Positions 38,443-47,622 of a DNA stretch of 64,000 bases are shown in pieces. The notes under the pieces are model-generated. The model saw only the letters and a list, made by a program, of their open reading frames with translations, had not been told where the DNA came from and did no database searches. Numbering within the stretch: position 1 is the first letter of the stretch; every line of letters begins with the position of its first letter. The position numbers and the translations under genes are program-made. Origin of the DNA: Candidatus Latescibacterota bacterium. GTDB lineage: Bacteria; Latescibacterota; UBA2968; GCA-2709665. The DNA lies in assembly GCA_965222075.1 (NCBI GenBank), contig OZ244937.1, positions 1,312,001-1,376,000 of the forward strand. The letters run 5' to 3'.

Positions 38443-39528
38443 CTAACGAACCTCAAGGCCGTGTCGAATTGCGGCCTGAATTGAATCCGGTTCATAGGTG
38501 ACACAGCGGCTCGCCATCAGCAACTTCAAGCCTGTGCAGGCAAAACCTGTCCGTGCATCAGGGACTTCAAGCCTGTGCGCAAAACCTGTGTGCTATTCGT
38601 GCGCGGCTGTTACGCACTCAAGACTATGCGTGGTCGCAAATATCTGCGTGCGGAACTGCCTGGCCGCCTCATCAACCACCGGCCAGACATCGGGTAATAT
38701 GGAATGGTGAATTCCATTTTCGATCTCATCCACCAGAACAACACCATCCGGTACGGAAGCGATGGCCAGAACAAGCCGGGCAATTAGAGTCATGCCTTCG
38801 CCCATGACGGACAGGGGTACCAGTTCGGACCACCCGATATCCCCCCAGATCATGGGTATCCCGCTGGAGGAATTGTCCTCGATGCTTTGTAGCTTCGGTT
38901 CAAAGATCTTCAGTGCTTTCAAGAGCAGATCGTCCTGTTTCTGCTGTCTCAACCTTCCCAGCCTTATGGCATCCTCCTGGAGATTCCTGATTCGAGACAG
39001 GAGAATGACCGCATGCAACGGGACATTTGTGGCAGGCTGATCGACCTCAAGCCTCTGCCCTCTCATACGTATATGGCTTTTAACGCATTTACCTGAAGGA
39101 CCGTTATACTGAAAAATGAGCGAACGTTCGTCAAAAAAGTTCGTCACCGAAGTTCCGTCCGTATGATCAAGAGGAATTTCAGTGGTGGGCTGTCGCTCTG
39201 AGGTGATCTTCAAAGCCAATCGACCATGCGACGTATGATCCCCCTCGACTTCAATGGACCGCCCCATGTCCAGATCAGAGAAGAGCTGGTTCCAGAGGGG
39301 TTCAACTACTACCGCTGCGGATACTCTGTTGTCTGGTGCCAGGCCGCGAATAACATTTTGATTAATTGCCATCTGCGCGTTTCCGGCTCCGGACAGCAGA
39401 AAAATCGCCTCAAGCAAACTGGTCTTGCCGGAATTATTTCTGCCGGCAATGAGGTTAATGTGGCTCAATCGGTCGATTTTAAGCTCGTTGAAGACACGAA
39501 AATTCCGTATCTGTAAGTGTTTCAACAT
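38443..39528 (-). pseudogene. AAA_15/AAA_21 ABC-type ATPase, disrupted near the C-terminus
   Basis: IRNFR, GRNNSGKTSLLEA, MGEG, VLVDEIENGIH, TTHS. Premature TAG at 38593 and an imperfect tandem duplication, after which the native tail ...CVTYEPDSIQAAIRHGLEVR* resumes. Confidence 0.78.
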
Positions 39529-39696
39529 CGTTATCACTCCTCGCCTGTATCTGATTCCACAGATTACGTCCAGGCTAACTTGCGATCTTTTTGGAAGGAC
39601 AGTTCAAAACATGAGTCCCCTTGACTCAGAGGTCACTTAGACGCTTATCTACCGCATTGCACAGCAAGATTTTGCATAAAATCCCCCTTAAAGGCC

Positions 39697-39851
39697 GCTC
39701 GGTTCGAATATCGCGGAGCGTGCAGATCTGGAAGACGTTGGGATTATCCCATCCCTCGCGCAGTGCCGAATGCGAGAAAATGAACTTGAGCGGCGTCTCC
39801 AGGCTCAGGAGCTTCTCTTTCTCCTTCATAATCAGGTTGCAGGCCCGTTCG
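39697..39851 (-). pseudogene. 155-bp diverged fragment of a type III res gene (copy of 44377..44531)
   Basis: Encodes [51 protein letters not shown]; differences are mostly synonymous. Confidence 0.9.
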
Positions 39852-39862
39852 ATGGTCCAATC

Positions 39863-39940
39863 ACTCCCCCCTGGAGGGGGAGTCGCAGAAGCCGAGCCGA
39901 CAGGCGATGGCTGATGCGGTGGGGGGGACGTCAACGTCTC
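39863..39940 (+). repeat. Palindromic MITE/REP-like repeat, copy 2 (78 bp)
   Basis: Direct repeat of 37659..37780 lacking the 44-bp insert. Confidence 0.85.
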
Positions 39941-39997
39941 GCACACCTTCTCCAGCACACCAAAACAGTTCTCAGCATGGCATTGCACCCCGATCCT

Positions 39998-40234
39998 TCA
40001 GGCGAGGGCCGCGTACTCATAAACCGGAGTCTCAATGGTGCGAACGGGACGACATCGTTCCCACACCACTTGCTGCAAGCGCTCAACGGTCTCCGGTGAG
40101 AAGTGCCTCTCACCCGTCTCGACGTTGACTCGGGCCGGGACGTTCTCAATGAGGAAGAGCCGCCCATCGAACTCAATGTGGTACGTCACCTTTTTTTCAA
40201 CCAGCGTCTCGTTCCATGCGCTGTCGTCAGGCAT
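39998..40234 (-). CDS. YgiT-type zinc-finger-like protein (MqsA-like antitoxin), orphan
   Basis: IENVPARVNVETGERHFSPETVERLQ; GGAG RBS. No DUF4258-type toxin upstream. Confidence 0.75.
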   Translation of the reverse strand: MPDDSAWNETLVEKKVTYHIEFDGRLFLIENVPARVNVETGERHFSPETVERLQQVVWERCRPVRTIETPVYEYAALA

Positions 40235-40266
40235 CGTCCTGTCTCCATTTCGTCATTCGCTCCTCA

Positions 40267-40560
40267 TCACCCTTCTCCCAATTCTGCCAGAAGTTGCCGC
40301 CCCCTGAGCGTCAGTCGGTATTTCTGCTTGCTGCTGGTCGGCTTGTCCGGGATGGTCATTTCCAGCCACCCGACATCAAGCAGCGGTTTCAGGACCTGGT
40401 TCTTGAACCTGGTTCGGTCCTTTCTGTCTACCGATGCCATCAACGTCCCTATTGCCTTTTCCGTCAGGCAGTTACACAGGATTTCGACCTGATGCCGACC
40501 TGATGCCGACCTGGTGCTGACTCTTGCTCCGACTCTGGCCCCGACTCTGGCTGCGACAGG
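40267..40560 (-). pseudogene. Remnant winged-helix C-terminal domain of a Fic-like/RecG_C-type regulator, with repetitive linker
   Basis: Translates ...DRTRFKNQVLKPLLDVGWLEMTIPDKPTSSKQKYRLT...*. Preceded by 11-12-bp tandem repeats (CGACCTGATGC, CGACTCTGG). No start. Confidence 0.65.
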
Positions 40561-40590
40561 GCGCGGATGCGCCTGCTCGAAATTTGTGTC

Positions 40591-41337
40591 TTACTCGATA
40601 AGAGGAACGAAATCCTCGCTGGCCATGGGTTCGTGCTTGTCCCAACGGCCGCGCATCTCAATCAGAACACGCTGCTTCGACGGCGCAGGCAAGGGGTTAA
40701 TGCGTACTACTTGCGCATCGTATTGGCCAGGCGACTCGGCCATAGCCTCCACCAGATCGTCCACAAGATAGCGCGGCGTCCATCCAATCATGTGATAATC
40801 TTCAGTCTGGATCTGTACCGCCAACCCGGTCGCTGGATTGGTCAATTCCAGTGTTACATACAGCTTTTCCTTCGGCTCTAATAAGCCAATTCGCTCTTGC
40901 GCCGATTGATTCACGTGTCGCCGGCCGTGCAGAAAGAACCGACAAACAAAACTTCCGTCGTCGTCCTTGACGATCTTCGGAAAAACCTCATAGGCATCTG
41001 TCATGCGGGAACCGCCGTTTGTCGCCAGAATCTCAATGGGATCAGCCCCCTCACTCAGGTCGAGATAGCGTAGATAATCGGCAAAGTCCGGTCTTGCAGG
41101 ATTCATCACCCGATTTTGAAATAACGGAAACAGCTCCGAGGATTCGTAGTCTTCATCCAACCTGGGAAACTCGATCAACAGAGGGAATCCTGCCTCTAAC
41201 TGTGCTCGCTTCGCCCCGCCCATGTAGCGGAAGCGATACAGCGAACGTTCGACATCAGCATCCAGCCGACCCACCGGAAACCATGCCTGGCCGGGTTCGT
41301 TGTCCTGCCACGCCAGGAAAAGGGTTCTTGTGCTCAT
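40591..41337 (-). CDS. HIRAN-domain protein (HipS-like N-terminus + HIRAN)
   Basis: LFLAWQD...WFPVGRL, LFPLFQNR, FFLHG, ELTNPATGLAV, IGWTPRYL. GGAGGG RBS. Confidence 0.75.
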   Translation of the reverse strand: MSTRTLFLAWQDNEPGQAWFPVGRLDADVERSLYRFRYMGGAKRAQLEAGFPLLIEFPRLDEDYESSELFPLFQNRVMNPARPDFADYLRYLDLSEGADPIEILATNGGSRMTDAYEVFPKIVKDDDGSFVCRFFLHGRRHVNQSAQERIGLLEPKEKLYVTLELTNPATGLAVQIQTEDYHMIGWTPRYLVDDLVEAMAESPGQYDAQVVRINPLPAPSKQRVLIEMRGRWDKHEPMASEDFVPLIE

Positions 41338-41350
41338 CAAATAAGCCCTC

Positions 41351-41683
41351 CTAAACGTCCGAAATTGTAGCGCACCAGTGATTGCCATGGACCAACTCCT
41401 GACCGCCGCGTGCGAACGATTCCGTTGCCGATCCTCGCGTGCCCTCAAATACCGCCAATTCCACCTTCGCATGTGGAATTTCCAGTAACTCAGCGACCTC
41501 AGCGGAAATCTTCTCAGCCCAGTGCTCCCCTGTGTTTGTTCGAGGGTATTTGAAGAGCCAATTGTTCTCTTGTTCCCCTGGACGGCGATACCAGAACTTC
41601 GTCTTGCTTCCCATTGCCTCGGGATCAAGGACCCATTCCGGCTGCACTTCTTGTTCTTCGAAGAAAGGAGAAGATTCACTCAT
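41351..41683 (-). pseudogene. Truncated HipA-like kinase (N-lobe only)
   Basis: MGSKTKFW, WLFKYPR..TGEHWAEK, LVHGN, then stop at 110 aa with no catalytic-loop motifs. Confidence 0.75.
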
Positions 41684-41876
41684 ACGACAAACGACTCAGC
41701 CAAACCGCTCGAAACAGAAGTTTCTGGAAGTCCCGGTTGCCCGCATTGTCCCCAGGTGCGTCGAGCAACTCGAGAAGGCGGCGATGACGCGCGTACAGCC
41801 AGGGGCTTCCCTTGTTATTGCGCGATACTGAAGCTTTCACGCTATCTACCTGTTGTCATCTACCAGGGGCATGTCC

Positions 41877-42794
41877 TCACTCGTCCGAAAAGTAGTCCGA
41901 GTCTATGCTCTTCACTTCGTAGGTGGCCTTGGTCGTCACACCGACGCCATGCTCGATCATGAGTTCGGCGAGCTGGGCTCCTCCAATCAGAATGACCTTG
42001 GTTGCAATATCCGCTGCGAACTCCGTCGCCTCGCGAGTGAATGTGGATGTTGTGACAAAGACCCCCTTGCGCGCGCGCCGCCCCTGCAAGGCACCGGCAA
42101 ACTCTTGGACCTTGGGTCTGCTGATGGAATCCTTCCATCGCTTGGCTTGGATATAGATGATGTCCAGGCCAAGGCGGTCTTCCTTGATTATACCGTCGAT
42201 GCCCCCATCTCCCGAGCGACCTATGGCCTCACCGGCTTCTTGCCTTGAGCCCCCGTAGCCCATGCGGACGAGTAGATCCACGACGAGTTTCTCAAAGAAT
42301 TCCGGAGACGATTTCATAACTGTCTCCAGAAGCTCATAGGCCAGACTCTTCTGCAACGCCGAATAGGCCTCCTGAAGGGTTTCAGCCGGCGTGTCCGTAG
42401 AGATCCCGTCCTCCAACCCGGTTGCATCAACCGATGGGGCGTGTGTACGGCGAGGCTGTCGGAATCTCTGGAATTCCTCAAATTGCTCAAGAAATTTGTT
42501 ATTGATCTCGGAGGGCTTTTCAGCGAGAACATTGCGGCCCCGGTCGGTAATGCGAAAGAAACCCCTCTTGGGGGATTCCAATAGACCAGCCCTTGTAAGG
42601 TACGTTCGTGCCCAGGTAACTCGATTGTGAAACCTCGTTTGCTGGCCGCTCGGCAGGAGTTCCCTTCTCTCATCATTCGTCAGCGCAAAGCGGTGCACGA
42701 GGATATCGACGGCTTCGCGGATCTGGCGGGTTTTGCCATCACCGGCCAACTCAAGCAGGGGCAACATGATGGATTGATAATCTGGAATAGCCAT
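41877..42794 (-). CDS. mrr: Mrr type IV restriction endonuclease
   Basis: MAIPDYQ, LLPSG, FFEKLVVDLL..MGYGG, DGGIDG, DRLGLD, IQAKRW, LIGGAQL. Confidence 0.93.
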   Translation of the reverse strand: MAIPDYQSIMLPLLELAGDGKTRQIREAVDILVHRFALTNDERRELLPSGQQTRFHNRVTWARTYLTRAGLLESPKRGFFRITDRGRNVLAEKPSEINNKFLEQFEEFQRFRQPRRTHAPSVDATGLEDGISTDTPAETLQEAYSALQKSLAYELLETVMKSSPEFFEKLVVDLLVRMGYGGSRQEAGEAIGRSGDGGIDGIIKEDRLGLDIIYIQAKRWKDSISRPKVQEFAGALQGRRARKGVFVTTSTFTREATEFAADIATKVILIGGAQLAELMIEHGVGVTTKATYEVKSIDSDYFSDE

Positions 42795-43027
42795 GGGTTC
42801 TCCCACTGGGGTTAACGTGCGAGTTTGCCGGGTAGATCAACGAGTTGATTCGTCCGGATACTTGAAGCTTGTGATCATCCGCGACTCCAAATCTGCAATT
42901 GCAGACGACAGACCGGAGACTAAACGCCACTATTCGGTGTGGGCTCCAGGTCTCTCGTCAATGCTCTTCTCATTCTCAGGCCGACGCACAAACGCGGGGT
43001 CACAGGCGCATTTCATTTCTGAGTCGA

Positions 43028-46009
43028 TCAATCCGCTCTAATGCCGGCGAGTACATCGTCGATTTTGGTCGCTACCATGTACCGAGCCGGCGACTCCCGC
43101 ACTTCAAGTGCCTCAAAGTGCGCCTTTCCACACTCGATTTTGGCGCGCTCTGCGCCGCGAAGGTCGCTGGCCAACACACTGCCCTTCGTTTCGACCACGA
43201 AGTACAGCCGCTCGCCCTCATCGGAATCGACCAAGACTGCCCAGTCCGGGTTGTAGCTTCCAAGGGGCGTCGGCACCGCGAACCATCCGGGAAGCTTGGC
43301 GTACACCTTGACGGCAGTGTTCTTCTCAAGCTGGTCCGCAAAACGGGACTCGATGCCAGATTCATAGACGATCTTCTCGTACACCGATTTTGTCGCGTCA
43401 AACATGTTCTTCAGATAGCCGCTAAGCTCTTCCTGCTCGAAGAGTTCCTGTGCATAATAGGATTCGTCCCCGAGGCGTTGGTACTTGATGCCGTCTACCA
43501 ACGCTTCCTGCTTGCAGCGGTTGATGGCCTGTGCGGCAAGTTCGATAAACTGCTGTGGGTTGTGTTTGAAGTCGTTGAGGCGTCCGCTCCCGCAGAGAAT
43601 CCGCTGGATGCTGCGCCGCGTGAGCTGCGTCCGGTCCTGAAGCTCCGTCAGCACATCGGGCAACTCGATCCCGGCCTCATTCAACGTCACGGTTGCGGCC
43701 CCGGTTTTCTCGGTCGCTTCCACACCCGCCTGACCGATGGCGATGTCGGCCTTGCGCCACTGGAGACGGGTTCTGGGGATCACCGGCGCGTCTTGAAGCG
43801 CTTGGGTGCATTGTGCGATCAGGTCCTCGTTGTCGAACGCCACACGGTAGGTGGTCTTGTGCTTGATGCGGTCCCAGAGCGCCTTGAACTCGGGGCTATG
43901 GAGCACGGCCTGGCGCGGGCGTACCGGGCGACGCTCGTTGGCGTTCTTGATCTCCAGGCGACCCGCGAGCTTGCGCAGAAGCCCGGTGATGCTCTCGCGC
44001 TGCGCCGTGAATTCCTCGGGCACGTTGAGCGTCTCTTCCTTGAGCGCCTTGCGAAGCGAGTCTTGTATCCGCCCCTGCGCGTCGATATAGCCCTCTGTGT
44101 TCAGGTGCTCCCACAGAACCTTCGACGCCTCGAAGCCGAGAGCCGTCGTCTTCCCGTCCTCGCCGGTGACCGGAATGGTGGCAAACTGATGCGCCTCCAC
44201 CACACCGAAGCGAATACCCGTATCTTGCTCGATCTCGTGCTGCAGGCTCTCGGCGAACTCTTCGTAGCTTTCCATCGCAACGACCGTGAGCGTGTTAACG
44301 TCGAAGCCGCGCAGGCGCTCGCCGTTCTGGTTGACGCACAGGCGCAAACCGCGCCCAATTGTCTGCCGGCGCTCTTGCTCGGTCCGAATATCGCGGAGCG
44401 CACAGATCTGGAAGACATTGGGATTATCCCAGCCTTCGCGCAGGGCTGAGTGAGAGAAAATGAACTTGAGCGGCGTCTCCAGGCTCAGGAGCTTCTCTTT
44501 CTCCTTCATGATCAGATTGTAGGCCCGTTCGGCGTTGTCGCGGTTGGCCTGGGTGTTCTCGGCGGTATCCGTCCAGCCGCCCTTCTTGTCGATGGAAAAG
44601 TACCCGTTGTGGACCTCCTCGGCGGCCGCATCGAGATCCACCTCTTCAAACAGGGTCCGGTAGTCCGGATGATTGGCGAGACGCCGATACTCCTCCTCGA
44701 ACATCCGGGCGTAGTCTCCCTTGACGGGATTGCCCTCGTCGTCGTACCGGCGGTAGCGACCCACCACATCGATAAAAAACAGGCTGAGCACCTTGATCCC
44801 CTGAGGGCGCAGGCGCTTCTCCTTGTCGAGATGCTCCCGAATGGTACGGCGAATCATCTGCCGCTGGACGGCGAGGGCATCCACGTCGCCCCAGGCTTCT
44901 CCCAGGCGGAGGTATTGCTCGCCGCCCGGCACGCGGATCTCGACGAACTCGTTCCCTCTTTCGGCGCGGATCTCGCCAATGCGGCAATCACGGTAGACGG
45001 CGCGTCCGGTGGTCTGTTCGAGATCGTCACCATCCTGGACATCGACCTCCCGGCGTCGGACTCCGCCGGGTGTCTCGACACCAAGCTCGACCCTGGCGCT
45101 GATGACACCGCGCCGGTTGCTCGCCGAAACCAGGCGGACGTATGGCTTGTTGTGCGCGTCTTCGACCGTAGCTGACGCCACCTCGATCTGCTTCACCAGC
45201 TTGCGTTCGTACGCATCCACGGCATCGAGCCGAAAGACCATGTGGTGCTGATCCGCGTGCGTCGCCGAATAGCGCAAGGTGCAGAGCGGATTCATGGCCC
45301 TCAGGGCTTCTTTGCCGCGCCCCTGAAGACCGCCGTCCACACTCTGCGGCTCATCGACGATCAGGATGGGCCGCGTGGCCCGGATCAGGTCAATCGGCTT
45401 CTCGCCACCCGTCTTCTCGCTGTCCTTGTAGAGGTTGTTGACGTCCTTCTTGTTGATGGCCCCGACCGTCACCACCATGATCTGGATCTGTGGACTGGTG
45501 GCGAAATTCCGAACCTGACCCAGCTTCGCGGAGTCGTAGAGGAAATACTCGAAGGGGGTTCCCGAGTAGAGCGCTCGGAAATGCTCCTCGGTAATCTGAA
45601 GCGACTTGTACACGCCCTCCTTGATCGCAATCGAAGGCACGACAATGACGAACTTCGTGAAACCGTAGCGTTTGTTCAGCTCGAAAATCGTCCGCAGGTA
45701 CACATACGTCTTCCCTGTACCCGTCTCCATCTCCACGGTAAAGTCCCCGGAATCCAGGACTTCGGAAGGCCGCAAGCCGTTGCGGAGCTGGATGGCTTTC
45801 AGGTTCTCAAGAACTTCGTCATCGAGCAGGGTCAACCGGTTGCCGATGCCCAGGTCGCTTTCGGCAAAACCGAGCCGCGCCTGGGTCTCCGCAGGGTCCC
45901 GCGTGACGGTGAACTCGGTCCGACAGACCTCCTGCCCGCGGAACAGATCGCACACCGACTCAATCGCCTGGAGTTGGAAGTCGAGATTGGGTTCAAAGTG
46001 GAATTTCAT
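43028..46009 (-). CDS. res: Type III restriction endonuclease subunit R
   Basis: [53 protein letters not shown]...VETKG. Confidence 0.95.
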   Translation of the reverse strand: MKFHFEPNLDFQLQAIESVCDLFRGQEVCRTEFTVTRDPAETQARLGFAESDLGIGNRLTLLDDEVLENLKAIQLRNGLRPSEVLDSGDFTVEMETGTGKTYVYLRTIFELNKRYGFTKFVIVVPSIAIKEGVYKSLQITEEHFRALYSGTPFEYFLYDSAKLGQVRNFATSPQIQIMVVTVGAINKKDVNNLYKDSEKTGGEKPIDLIRATRPILIVDEPQSVDGGLQGRGKEALRAMNPLCTLRYSATHADQHHMVFRLDAVDAYERKLVKQIEVASATVEDAHNKPYVRLVSASNRRGVISARVELGVETPGGVRRREVDVQDGDDLEQTTGRAVYRDCRIGEIRAERGNEFVEIRVPGGEQYLRLGEAWGDVDALAVQRQMIRRTIREHLDKEKRLRPQGIKVLSLFFIDVVGRYRRYDDEGNPVKGDYARMFEEEYRRLANHPDYRTLFEEVDLDAAAEEVHNGYFSIDKKGGWTDTAENTQANRDNAERAYNLIMKEKEKLLSLETPLKFIFSHSALREGWDNPNVFQICALRDIRTEQERRQTIGRGLRLCVNQNGERLRGFDVNTLTVVAMESYEEFAESLQHEIEQDTGIRFGVVEAHQFATIPVTGEDGKTTALGFEASKVLWEHLNTEGYIDAQGRIQDSLRKALKEETLNVPEEFTAQRESITGLLRKLAGRLEIKNANERRPVRPRQAVLHSPEFKALWDRIKHKTTYRVAFDNEDLIAQCTQALQDAPVIPRTRLQWRKADIAIGQAGVEATEKTGAATVTLNEAGIELPDVLTELQDRTQLTRRSIQRILCGSGRLNDFKHNPQQFIELAAQAINRCKQEALVDGIKYQRLGDESYYAQELFEQEELSGYLKNMFDATKSVYEKIVYESGIESRFADQLEKNTAVKVYAKLPGWFAVPTPLGSYNPDWAVLVDSDEGERLYFVVETKGSVLASDLRGAERAKIECGKAHFEALEVRESPARYMVATKIDDVLAGIRAD

Positions 46010-46288
46010 GGCGAGATTATCGAATTCCCTGTCAACGGATGCATGGGCATCCGCTCACCCGTGGAAACGAACCTGCTCTCGTGAGAGATGAAATACGTCG
46101 GCGATCTGGAGAAACTGTCATAGTAGTAGCGATGGGCCAGGGGCGTCCGGCAGCGGGACGCGGATTGGCTGTGCCAAATCTCCACCAAATCACGATGTCC
46201 TTGGGTATCCACCGGGCAACTCGGGGAGCCGACGATCTGCCTTGCTTTGGTTGTTTACATTGCGACACTGTTATGCCATCAGATTCTT

Positions 46289-47622
46289 GGTAACGTCCCT
46301 ATAGGCCGTGTGTAAGAAATAGGGTATATTTATGGGAGGAACAGCCACCCACAACAAGGAGGGTCCTCCCATGAGACGTAACCAGCCGCTACCAGAAGGT
46401 CTTTATTGTCCCAATTGGGAGTGTAGTCTTTTCGGGCAAGTAGAAGCATGCAAACTTGAGCGTCACGCCTACTATGGTCCGGATCGGAAAGTCATCTATC
46501 TTTGCCGAGCCTGCCGAAAGACGTTTTCAGAAACACGAGGGACCTTTTTCTTTGGTCTGCACACGCCTCGTGAGAAGGTTTTGACGGCCCTGGCGATGAT
46601 CGCCGAAGGGGGAGGTATCCGCGCCACAGGCAGAGCGATGGGCGTTGACAAAGATACCATCCAAAGTTGGGTCGAACGAGCAGGGAAGCATGTCGAGGAA
46701 GTCTCGGCCTATTTGACGGTGAACTGTCACCTGAGTGAAGCCCAACTGGATGCGTTGTGGACCTTTGTTAAAAAAAAGACCAAAACCTCAAGGAGGCGGA
46801 TGATCCGGAAGAAACCGGTGAATTCTTTGTCTGGCGCTGCGTGAAGAGGGACACAAAAGTGCGTGTAGCCTCTTTTGTGGGCAAAAACGATGAAGAAGGC
46901 GCCAAGGGGCTGCTTGTCAAGGTTAAAGAACGGATGGCCAAGCCGAACGATCCCCTTTACGCAGGTGCTGGTAATCCGCTGTTTGTCTCCGACCTGCCTG
47001 TGCGTGCTGTCTCACGCACGCAGACAGGTGGTGACCTGTCGATTCCCCCTGCAATGCTTGCTGTATTTGGCAAAGAAGTGGAAGAGCCTGTGCATCGAGG
47101 GCCGAAGTGGAAGTATCCACGTATAGAACCCGATGAGAATGTGATCTTTGTGAGGGCGATCAAACAGCGCAATCAGACCGGTCGTCTTTTGGGCATCCTG
47201 GAGGAAGTCACCTGGGGCGAGGAAAAGGCAGTTTGGCAACGGATAGATCCAGATGGCGAAGGGTGGCATATCTCTACCTTCTGCGTCGAACGAGACAATC
47301 TGACCTCCAGACTGCATAACAGCCGTTTGGTTCGTAAAACGCTTCGGTTTTCCAAACAACGAGAGATGTTGGAAGCTGCCGTGGGCTTGGAGGATGCCTA
47401 CTTCAACTTTTGTTTGCCCCACGACGCTCTGAAAAGACCGCTTGCTGTGCCTGTGCCGACAAAAGGGAACGGATCGCCGAAGAAGTGGGCGCTACGCACG
47501 CCGATGATGGCTGAAAGCCTGACTCATCACGTGTGGACCTTGGAAGAACTCCTGTCGTTCCGGGTGCCTCCCAGGCATCTCTGGACTGACCCTTAAAACA
47601 CATGCCCCGAAGGGACACTACC
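46289..47622 (+). mobile_element. IS1-family insertion sequence (1334 bp) with imperfect 25-bp IRs and 8-bp TSD AGATTCTT
   Basis: IRL GGTAACGTCCCTATAGGCCGTGTGT and IRR (reverse complement) GGTAGTGTCCCTTCGGGGCATGTGT. TSD at 46281..46288 and 47623..47630. Confidence 0.88.
46371..47596 (+). CDS. IS1-family transposase (zinc finger + HTH + DDE), expressed by probable -1 frameshift at A8G (46770-46778)
   Basis: CPNWEC...CRAC, GIRATGR HTH, QLDALWTFVKKK then shift to KDQN...VWRCV; VERDN, YFNF, RTPMMA. Confidence 0.8.

Noticed and set aside
41338-41679. N-terminal extension of the 362-aa ORF 40591..41679
   Set aside because: Overlaps the HipA-like remnant in another frame. The better start is ATG 41337 with a GGAGGG RBS.
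46006-46280. Small ORFs between res and the IS
   Set aside because: No recognisable motif or convincing RBS. Treated as intergenic or degraded sequence.
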